From Thermoanaerobaculia bacterium (GTDB lineage Bacteria > Acidobacteriota > Thermoanaerobaculia > Multivoradales > J023), in NCBI GenBank assembly GCA_030431255.1, contig JAUIJL010000006.1, positions 155,850-219,849 on the forward strand: DNA of 64,000 nucleotides, in the 5' to 3' direction. The position numbers and the translations under genes were made by a program. Shown here in pieces: positions 19,675 through 27,355 of this stretch. The notes under the pieces are model-generated. The model made no database searches. It saw only the letters and a program-made list of their open reading frames with translations, and was not told the origin of the DNA. Each line of letters opens with the position of its first letter. Positions within the stretch are counted from its first letter, which is position 1.

Positions 19675-21534
19675 CTAGTCCAAATAGCCGAGACTCTTCA
19701 GCTGCTCCAACGTCTCCTCGTCCATTTCAGCTTCCGGCTCGACCTGCCCCGTCCGCTGCCAATCCAAGGCGCCGAAGACCACCTCGGTCTTGGGCTCAGC
19801 CCCCCCGCTCGGCTGGACCTGAACATCCACACGCCAATAGCCGTCTCGAACCTCAACCTCACCGAGATCCGCGTCCGTCTCACCCGAGACATCGGTGATC
19901 ACGGTTTGCCCTCGGCTGTGGCGAATATAGATCTTCGGCCCGGCCTGATGGATGTTGAGCCGCCAGCTCGCTTGGTAGATGCCGTCCGGCACGGCGATCC
20001 TCAGGGCCAGCGGCTTACAGCTCGCTTCAGCCTCGCCGGTGAACCTTATCTTGCGTTGCCAGTCGTCGCCGGCTCCGAAATCCCAACAGGGCGGCGAAGC
20101 TCCGAGCGGGGTTTCAATCTCCCGTGCGGGAATATGCATGGCACCCACTTGCCCGTCGACTTTGCGACCGCTTTGCCGTTCGAGATAAGTCTTGATGAAT
20201 CTCTTGAATTCCCGCGGCAGCTGGGCCCCGGAGGTCCGCACGAGGCCCAACGGCTCCTTCACAGGCCCGGCGTCCGACTCAGTGAGGCGGGAGATCTCTT
20301 GCCGCTCGTTGAGCATCCACGTCTGACCTGCGTCGCGATAGCCGAATCGTACGGCACGCCATCCCGCACGGAAGGTGTAGGCCACCCATTCGCGGGTGAC
20401 GGGCTCGGAGCCCGGGCCGCCCAACAGGTTCTGGCCGTCCAGAAGGGCGCCCTCCGGGGGCTTGATATCGGTCAAACCGAGCAGGGTGGGCATCACATCA
20501 ACGGTGCCGGTGAAGCCTCGGACCACCTTGCCCTCCGGCACTCCGTGGCCGAACAACAGCAGGGGTATGCGGTGCACCGCGTCCATGCCGAAGGTCGGAA
20601 AGGTGTGCTCGAAATGGCCGCCTTCCCCCATGGCATCGCCGTGATCGGCAGTGATCACCCCCACCACCTTGGTGCCGAGCCGGCTTTCGACCGATCTCAT
20701 CAGCGCACCCACCTGGGTATCCAACCGGCGCAACGACGAGCGAGCCGCGCCCTTGAACGTTTCCACCAGGAGCGGGTCCGGGTCGGCGATGAATTTGGTG
20801 TCCTTGCGAGCCGGCTGCTTTCGCGCCCATTCCGCACGATTCCAACCCAGGGCTTCGAGGGAGAAGAGCTCGTCTTCTTCGGGTGGATTGTGGGGCGTGT
20901 GTGTGTCGAGAAAGTGGACGTAGAGGAAGATGGGCTCGCCCTCGCGATCACGATGCTCCTTCAAGACTTCCTGGGCTTTCGCCACCAGAGCCTGGGCATC
21001 GGCATAGGGCCCGGATTTCGGTTTGACGAAATGGACCTCCTGAAACGACGCTCCGAGCCGTGAGTCGGCGGAGGTCCAAGGGTGGGCGGTCACCATCACC
21101 GTGCGATAACCCGCGTCGGCCAGAAGATCGGTCAGCAGCACCAAATCGTCCTGCGGCACCTCGTCCCGGCGCCACCAAGGCTCGTCCTGCCCCGGCGGAT
21201 AGTAGAGCAAGGACGGGGCATCGTAGCGGGAGGTGAAGAGCTGGGGCACCGATTGGCGGGTGGTGTGACCATGGCTGACGTGATGGTCGAAGCGTATGCC
21301 GCCGGCCGCGAGTCGATCCATTTCCGGCGTGGTGTCGTAGGGGTGCCCGTAGGATCCAAAGAAGTCGGCCCGCGCCGCGTCGAGCATCAACATCACCAAG
21401 TGGGGTCGTTCGGGATCCGGGGGTGGTCCACAGGCCGTCGCCAACACCACGACACAAAGAAAAGCCGACAGCCGAAGGCTCCTGCCGAGCCGGCAGAACG
21501 GGGTGTGGGGCAGCCATGGGCCTCTTCGTTTCAA
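19675..21534 (-). CDS. Alkaline-phosphatase-superfamily 'sulfatase-like' lipoprotein (paralog A)
   Basis: [29 protein letters not shown]...[16 protein letters not shown] has Thr/Ser in the nucleophile region, with no C/S-x-P-x-R. Lipobox-like VVLATAC. C-terminus ends ...EQLKSLGYLD. The first-ATG ORF would overlap the upstream gene by 180 nt; a TTG near 21534 with a GGAGA SD 6 nt upstream is the proposed start. Confidence 0.65.
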   Translation of the reverse strand: MKRRGPWLPHTPFCRLGRSLRLSAFLCVVVLATACGPPPDPERPHLVMLMLDAARADFFGSYGHPYDTTPEMDRLAAGGIRFDHHVSHGHTTRQSVPQLFTSRYDAPSLLYYPPGQDEPWWRRDEVPQDDLVLLTDLLADAGYRTVMVTAHPWTSADSRLGASFQEVHFVKPKSGPYADAQALVAKAQEVLKEHRDREGEPIFLYVHFLDTHTPHNPPEEDELFSLEALGWNRAEWARKQPARKDTKFIADPDPLLVETFKGAARSSLRRLDTQVGALMRSVESRLGTKVVGVITADHGDAMGEGGHFEHTFPTFGMDAVHRIPLLLFGHGVPEGKVVRGFTGTVDVMPTLLGLTDIKPPEGALLDGQNLLGGPGSEPVTREWVAYTFRAGWRAVRFGYRDAGQTWMLNERQEISRLTESDAGPVKEPLGLVRTSGAQLPREFKRFIKTYLERQSGRKVDGQVGAMHIPAREIETPLGASPPCWDFGAGDDWQRKIRFTGEAEASCKPLALRIAVPDGIYQASWRLNIHQAGPKIYIRHSRGQTVITDVSGETDADLGEVEVRDGYWRVDVQVQPSGGAEPKTEVVFGALDWQRTGQVEPEAEMDEETLEQLKSLGYLD

Positions 21535-21556
21535 GCGGGATCTCCGTCGTTTCGGC

Positions 21557-23431
21557 TCAGTCGAGATAACCCAAGCTTCTGAGCTGCTCGATGGTTTCCG
21601 GATCGAGCTCCTCGAGCTCCTCCGGTTGCAGGCTGCCCACCCTGAACAGCCGAAGGCTTTTGAGCTCCACAGGCCCCGATCCGGAGAGCGGCTCGACCCG
21701 AATCCGGGTCCGGCCCGTCGGCGCGGGAATGACCCCAAGCTTCAGCTCATCGTCACCGACGTGCTCGGACCCCACCTCCCAAGAGGCTCCGATCTCGGGC
21801 AAGCTCACCCGCAACCGGGTATCCGGATCAAATTCGCCCACCTTCCACCGTATCTCATATTCCTCCAACGGCACCTCGACCACCGCCTCGAACGGCCGGC
21901 AGCCGGCACCGTCCAGAGCCTTGAAGCGGATCTGCTTGCGCTCGCGACGCCATTCCGGGATTTGCCAACAACCCTCGGTAGACCCCAGCTCGCCCTGAAT
22001 CTCCAGCTCGGACAGGGGCACGTTCATCGACCGGGCCATGGGCTCGAACGGTCGACCTTTTAGCCGGGCTCGAATCCCCTCCACCAGCCGACGAAAGGGC
22101 TCCGGCGTTTGGTCGGCCACGTCTCGCCATGTGCCGAGCTCTTGGAAATCAAAGCCACTGTCGTTGCGAAAAAGACTCCCGTCCTCGGAAAGCACCATCG
22201 AGGTGTTTTCGTCGCGGAAGCCCATGCGCGCCCGCACCCAGCCCATTCGGTGGACATAGGGCACCAAGCGACCGGATCTCGCCCGGGGATCTGCCATCAG
22301 CCGGACGGTCGAGCGACCGTCCACGGCGATGCCACCGGGGATCTCGAGACCCAGCAGATCGAGCACGGTGGGCAGCACGTCCACGGTTCCGGTCAAGCTT
22401 TCGACCACCTTGCCGGACGGCACGCCGTGACCCGACAGGATCAGCGGGATGTGATGCACCGCATCGGTACCGAAGGTGGGCAGGATGTGCTCGAAATACC
22501 CTTGCTCGCCGATGGCGTCGCCGTGATCCGAGGTGATCACGTGCAAGGTCGGGGCGTCGAGGGTGTCTTCCAGCCAGCTCTTGAATCGTCCCAGCTCCCG
22601 GTCGGTATAGGCCAGCGACGAGCGAATGGCGCCGTGATACGCCTCTACCAGCTTCGGATCGGGATCTTTGAGGACCTTTCGATTGCGGATGCCCGGCTGC
22701 TTCTTGCGCCAATCCTCGAAGGTCCAACCGAGCTCGTCGAGGGAGAAGAATGTATCGTTCGGCGGCCGCGGCTCGTGGGGGGTGTGGGTGTCCAACAGGT
22801 GAATGTATAGGAAGAGCGGTCGGTCCAAGCCGTCGGCGATGTAGTCCCCCAGGGCCTTGCGGGCGTGTTTGAACACCTGCTCGGCCGAAGCGTAATAAGA
22901 CCGCCGCGGCACCTCGTAGTAGCTCTCGAATCCGCGGCTGAACCTGGACTCTTCGGTGGTCCAGGGGTGGGTGGTCACGATTTGGGTGGCATAACCCTGC
23001 TCACTCAGGAAAGGCGGCAGGAAGAGCATGTCTCGGGTCGCGACCTCATCCCGATCCCACCAGGGCATGTCCCACCCCGGCGGAAAAATCACCAACGGCG
23101 GAGCGTCGAGCCGTGAGGTGAAGAGCTGGGGCACCGAGCGCGCGGTAATGTGGGAATGGCTGTAGTGTCGCGCGAATCGTGTCCCTTGAGCGGCCATCCG
23201 GTCCATCTCGGGGGTGGTCTCGAAGGGGTGGCCGTAGCTGCTGAAAAAGTCGGCGCGGGCGGCATCGAGCAGATAGACGACCACCACCGGATGTGACGAC
23301 TTCTTCGGTCCGCCGAGCCCACAGCCCAGCAAGCTCAAGACACCGAAGCACACGAAATACACACGGCTTCGGCGGAGAGCGCGTCGAATCACCGGCCACC
23401 GGGAGCCCTTGAGCCGAGCCCCGTCGGTCAC
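21557..23431 (-). CDS. Alkaline-phosphatase-superfamily 'sulfatase-like' lipoprotein (paralog B)
   Basis: Signal peptide with lipobox LLGC; [29 protein letters not shown]...[17 protein letters not shown]-terminus ends ...[10 protein letters not shown]. About 45% identical to paralog A over its length by eye. Confidence 0.7.
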   Translation of the reverse strand: MTDGARLKGSRWPVIRRALRRSRVYFVCFGVLSLLGCGLGGPKKSSHPVVVVYLLDAARADFFSSYGHPFETTPEMDRMAAQGTRFARHYSHSHITARSVPQLFTSRLDAPPLVIFPPGWDMPWWDRDEVATRDMLFLPPFLSEQGYATQIVTTHPWTTEESRFSRGFESYYEVPRRSYYASAEQVFKHARKALGDYIADGLDRPLFLYIHLLDTHTPHEPRPPNDTFFSLDELGWTFEDWRKKQPGIRNRKVLKDPDPKLVEAYHGAIRSSLAYTDRELGRFKSWLEDTLDAPTLHVITSDHGDAIGEQGYFEHILPTFGTDAVHHIPLILSGHGVPSGKVVESLTGTVDVLPTVLDLLGLEIPGGIAVDGRSTVRLMADPRARSGRLVPYVHRMGWVRARMGFRDENTSMVLSEDGSLFRNDSGFDFQELGTWRDVADQTPEPFRRLVEGIRARLKGRPFEPMARSMNVPLSELEIQGELGSTEGCWQIPEWRRERKQIRFKALDGAGCRPFEAVVEVPLEEYEIRWKVGEFDPDTRLRVSLPEIGASWEVGSEHVGDDELKLGVIPAPTGRTRIRVEPLSGSGPVELKSLRLFRVGSLQPEELEELDPETIEQLRSLGYLD

Positions 23432-25005
23432 GCGCTCTTTTCCTCGTGGTATTCCTCTTCAGTATTGACGTCCCACAAATTGCTCTTGTCGGTTCGTCCC
23501 TCGAGAATATTCTCCACCGCCATCATGGCGGTGAGCATGGAGTGATCCTGATTGTTGTAGCGGTGCATGCCGTTTCGACCCACCAAGAAGAGATTCTCGA
23601 AGCCGTCGACGAAACCCCGCAGCTCGTCGAAGCGGTCGTAGCTGCCGAAGTAGGCGGGGTAGGTCTTGGGCATTTTGATCACCACCGCGTCGCTGACCCT
23701 ATCCGCCCGGATAATCTCGATCCGTTCCAGCTCGTCTTTCGCCAAAGCCACCAGGTCGTCGTCGCTTTTCTTCCACAGCTCGTCGGTGTCGTTGCAGAAG
23801 TACTCGAGGCCGATCCAGACCTTGGAGGAGTCGGCCACCATGTAGGGGCTCCAATTGTTGAAGATCTGCATCCGGCCCACCAACACGTCGGGTTCTTGGA
23901 TGTAGATCCAATTGTCTTGGATCAACTGGGTCCCGGCTTTGTCCTCGTGGATCTCCAGATCGTCCAGGAGCAGGCCGACGGTGAGGAAATCGCGGTAGAT
24001 CAGGCCATCGGAGATCTCCTGAAATTCGGCCGGTGCCGCCGGCTCCAAACCGCGAACGAGCTCTTTCATCGGCATGGTGGAGAAGAAATAGTCCCCTTCG
24101 AGCACCTGCCGCTCGCCGGTCTGGGTGTCGACCCACTTCACCGCCACCACCCGATCCCCTTCGGTCACGATGCCGTCCACCCGGGCGAAGGTGCGAATCT
24201 CGCCACCTTGCTCCACCACCCGCCGGGCCACTTCTTCCCACATCTGTCCAGGGCCGAGCTTGGGGTAGAGGAAGCGCTCGATCAGCGAGGTCTCCATGTC
24301 TTTTTGGGCGACGTCACTCCCGGATTTGGGCAACAGGGATTTGAAGAAATGCTTGAGCGCCGAGATGATCGACAGACCTTTGATCCGCTGGGCTCCCCAT
24401 TCGGCGCTGATCTGATCGCAGGCGGTGCCCCAGACTTTTTCGGTGTAGGACTTGAAGAACGTCAGATAGAGCTCTTTGCCGAAGCGGTTGATCAGGAATT
24501 GCTCCAGGCTCTTCTCGTTGCGGATCGGCAAGGCCAAGCTTTTCAGATAGCTCGCACCGATTTTGATCGAGCGCAAGAGACCGAGGTTTGCCAGCGTCTG
24601 CAAGCTCAAGCTGATGGGGTAGTCGAAGAATTTGCGCAAATAGTAGATCCGCGACCGCCGGTTGCGCACCAACATGACCAGATCTTCTTGCTCTGGATCC
24701 ACCACCTTGTCACCGGATACCTCGGTGGTCCGACGGTGATAGGTGATTTGCGCCTCCCCCTCGGACGAGGCTTCCAAGGGCATGATGTCCAGCCACCAAT
24801 TCATCACACGATCGGACTTCGAGAAGAAGCGGTGGCCACCGATGTCGATGCGGTTGCCGTTGTGCTCAACGGTGCGGGCGATGCCGCCCATGTAAGAGCT
24901 CATCTCCAGCACAATCGGCTGGATGTCCGACTGCTTCAATAGCTCGTAGGCAGCGGTCAGCCCCGCGGGGCCCGCGCCGATAATGATCGCCTTGCGGTCG
25001 GACAT
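23428..25005 (-). CDS. FAD-dependent oxidoreductase, long UDP-galactopyranose-mutase-like (Glf family) flavoenzyme
   Basis: N-terminal Rossmann [18 protein letters not shown]...GGHRFF. Central [24 protein letters not shown] matches the Glf motif FIGKELYEAFFKGYTxKQWG. 525 aa; stop overlaps the downstream start (ATGA). Confidence 0.65.
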   Translation of the reverse strand: MSDRKAIIIGAGPAGLTAAYELLKQSDIQPIVLEMSSYMGGIARTVEHNGNRIDIGGHRFFSKSDRVMNWWLDIMPLEASSEGEAQITYHRRTTEVSGDKVVDPEQEDLVMLVRNRRSRIYYLRKFFDYPISLSLQTLANLGLLRSIKIGASYLKSLALPIRNEKSLEQFLINRFGKELYLTFFKSYTEKVWGTACDQISAEWGAQRIKGLSIISALKHFFKSLLPKSGSDVAQKDMETSLIERFLYPKLGPGQMWEEVARRVVEQGGEIRTFARVDGIVTEGDRVVAVKWVDTQTGERQVLEGDYFFSTMPMKELVRGLEPAAPAEFQEISDGLIYRDFLTVGLLLDDLEIHEDKAGTQLIQDNWIYIQEPDVLVGRMQIFNNWSPYMVADSSKVWIGLEYFCNDTDELWKKSDDDLVALAKDELERIEIIRADRVSDAVVIKMPKTYPAYFGSYDRFDELRGFVDGFENLFLVGRNGMHRYNNQDHSMLTAMMAVENILEGRTDKSNLWDVNTEEEYHEEKSA

Positions 25006-25153
25006 GGGGTGAGGTCGACCTCCTTAAATAAAAACGGATGTGTTTCCGAGGCCGTCGGATCTTACCAGCCAAGTCGATGGTCGACAGCCCAGTGATCGTC
25101 GACAGCCCAGTGATCGTCGACACCGTTCGTGCGGAGCGGTTACCATCGATCCC

Positions 25154-27196
25154 ATGCTCGCTTTGCCGAACCAGCTCTCGCCCCCTGCTCGACTGGCGAT
25201 CCTGCTCTTATGCGCGGTGCTCGGCGGCGCCCTCGGCGGGCTCGCGGTCTTCGTAGCCGACCAGCTGCGTCTGTGGATTTTTGACGGCTATCTCGTCGCC
25301 GCCGGCTCGTACCTACCGCACTATTGGCGACCGGGCGCTACGTTGGGGCTGGTTTCCTTCCTGGTGACCGCCGGCTTCGACCGCTTCAAGCCGCCGGCTC
25401 ATGCAAGAACGATCCCCCGGATAGCCCTAGACGGAGCTTTGATCGCCTGCGCCGGCTTGTGGGTATTTGCATTCATCCGTCATCACCTGGAGGTCTTCGG
25501 CCCGGTCGCGGACGGCTATTCCCACGAGCCGGCTTGGAGGCCGGCCCTGCTGTGCCTGGCGTTCGCCCTTCCCGCCACGGCCCTAGCGATCGGCCTGCGC
25601 AAGCTTTCTCACCTTTCCTGGCCCCCGGCCCTTTGGCTGGCGTTTCTACCCTTCGCCATCAGCGTGACGTTTCGGGCCCATGGCCGACGTGATGCGGGGG
25701 CCGCGTGGTGGGCCCTGGTGGTCGCGGCAGTCGTGCTCTCAGTGATCGCTCGCCTCGGACGTGGGAATGCCCGTCGGCTTTTCGCGACCGTCACGGCGAC
25801 CCTGATGGCGGCATCCATCGCCGGTGCGTGGTCTCAACGTCCGACCTCGGCACTGGCACCGGCACCGACCTCGAATCCCCCCAACCTGCTGCTCTTGGTG
25901 GTCGACACCCTGAGGTTCGACATCTTCCAGCAGGTGGTGAACGAAACCCCGGAAGGACGCCGCTTTGCCGAGGCCATCAACGGCTCGGCTTGGTTCAGTC
26001 ACACCTTGGCGACGGGACCATGGACCGCGCCGTCCATGGGTTCTGTGCTCACAGGTCTCTATCCCGAAGAGCACGGCTTCATCTCAGCCTCTGACCAGAG
26101 CAGCCACGCGGTCCGTCCCCTGACCGACGCCGCGCCCACCCTGGCGGAAAGGCTCCAAGAGCAAGGCTTTTGGACCGAAGCCGTGATCAGCAATCCACTG
26201 TTGAAGGAATCCAGCGGCATCTCTAGGGGTTTTCACAGATATCGAATTTACGCCGGACCTACGGGTCGGCTCACGGTGTTGGGCACTTTGGAACGATTGG
26301 GTTGGATTGCCGCCGACTACTACCAAAACGCCGACGTCGTGGCCGGCGCCTTTGAAAAGCGGCTGCCGAAAGCCTTGAACAAAGGGCGGCCGTTCTTCTT
26401 CTGGGTGCACTTCATGGATCCCCATGCGCCCCTGAAGAGGCACAGCTTGCCGTGGTTGAAACCGGGGAAGCGCAAGCTGCCGAGCCCGACTGTTTTGCTC
26501 TATCGGGACGAGGTGCGCTTTGTGCTCCGGGAGATCGCCGTCCTGCTGGAGCGGCTCAAAAAACAGGGCCTGCTCGACAACACCACCCTCTTATTTGTGT
26601 CCGACCACGGCGAGATGCTCTCCATGGATCAACGGTCGTCACCACCCCTGGCCCGTACAAAAGGCCACGGTCACGCTTTGCATCAAGAGCTCATGCACGT
26701 GCCGCTGGTGATCCGTCCCGCCGGAGGTCTGCCACAGAATCGTCGGATCGAAGCCCAGGCCAGTCTGGTGGACCTCCACGACACGATTTTGGATCTAGCG
26801 GAGCTCGACAACCCGCGGATCGGATTTGATCGAAAAAGCCTGGCACCTTGGCTGAGCCCAACCGCTCCAGAGGGGCCCGACGTCGCTCGGACCTGGACCT
26901 ACGGCGGCTCGGTGCAAATCGGCGACCCCCAGCACGCCTTCGTCGTCGGCAGCTCAAAGCTCATTCTGCACGACGGACCCCGGCGGCCCGAGCTCTACGA
27001 CCTCGAAACCGACCGCCGGGAGCTTCGGAATCTGGCCCAGGAACAACCGGAGCAGCTCAACCAGCTGCGGCAAAAGCTGTCGTTGATCCGCTCCCAGCTG
27101 CGTCCCGTGGAAGAGAGCGGTCCCTTGGTTTTCGACGACGAAACCCGCCGCCAACTGGAGGCCCTGGGTTATCTAGGCGGCAGCGACGACAACTGA
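25154..27196 (+). CDS. Membrane-anchored alkaline-phosphatase-superfamily 'sulfatase-like' enzyme (paralog C; EptA/LtaS-like topology)
   Basis: N-terminal ~5 TM helices, then LLLVVDTLRFDIF...ATGPWTAPSMGSVLTG and DHGEMLS. C-terminus ...RRQLEALGYLGGSDDN shares its tail with paralogs A/B. Start ATG 25154 (MLALPNQ) was chosen over the ORF-track 25040. Confidence 0.7.
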   Translation: MLALPNQLSPPARLAILLLCAVLGGALGGLAVFVADQLRLWIFDGYLVAAGSYLPHYWRPGATLGLVSFLVTAGFDRFKPPAHARTIPRIALDGALIACAGLWVFAFIRHHLEVFGPVADGYSHEPAWRPALLCLAFALPATALAIGLRKLSHLSWPPALWLAFLPFAISVTFRAHGRRDAGAAWWALVVAAVVLSVIARLGRGNARRLFATVTATLMAASIAGAWSQRPTSALAPAPTSNPPNLLLLVVDTLRFDIFQQVVNETPEGRRFAEAINGSAWFSHTLATGPWTAPSMGSVLTGLYPEEHGFISASDQSSHAVRPLTDAAPTLAERLQEQGFWTEAVISNPLLKESSGISRGFHRYRIYAGPTGRLTVLGTLERLGWIAADYYQNADVVAGAFEKRLPKALNKGRPFFFWVHFMDPHAPLKRHSLPWLKPGKRKLPSPTVLLYRDEVRFVLREIAVLLERLKKQGLLDNTTLLFVSDHGEMLSMDQRSSPPLARTKGHGHALHQELMHVPLVIRPAGGLPQNRRIEAQASLVDLHDTILDLAELDNPRIGFDRKSLAPWLSPTAPEGPDVARTWTYGGSVQIGDPQHAFVVGSSKLILHDGPRRPELYDLETDRRELRNLAQEQPEQLNQLRQKLSLIRSQLRPVEESGPLVFDDETRRQLEALGYLGGSDDN

Positions 27197-27219
27197 TAGA
27201 TCGCCTCATCCACGAAACG

Positions 27220-27320
27220 CCTGGCACCTCTCACGAAACGCCTGGCACCGCGATGAAGCGCCTGGCACCGCGAAGTGCCCGGCACCGCAAAATCTGCACC
27301 GCAAAATCTGCAGCACCGAG
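27220..27320 (+). repeat. Cluster of 4-5 direct copies of a GAAA[CT]GCCTGGCACC-core repeat (REP-like) in a convergent intergenic gap
   Basis: cacgaaacgcctggcacc x2, then gaagcgcctggcacc, gtgcccggcacc, and a degenerate atctgcaccgcaaaatctgcagcacc. All in the same orientation. Confidence 0.7.
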
Positions 27321-27355
27321 CCGAACCCCTGATTCAGCGGTCCGTCAAACGGAAG

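Noticed and set aside
19675-27196. Calling the three paralogs arylsulfatases
   Set aside because: None shows the C/S-x-P-x-R formylglycine motif. The nucleophile region has Thr/Ser as in LtaS/EptA-type phosphotransferases, so only the superfamily is asserted.
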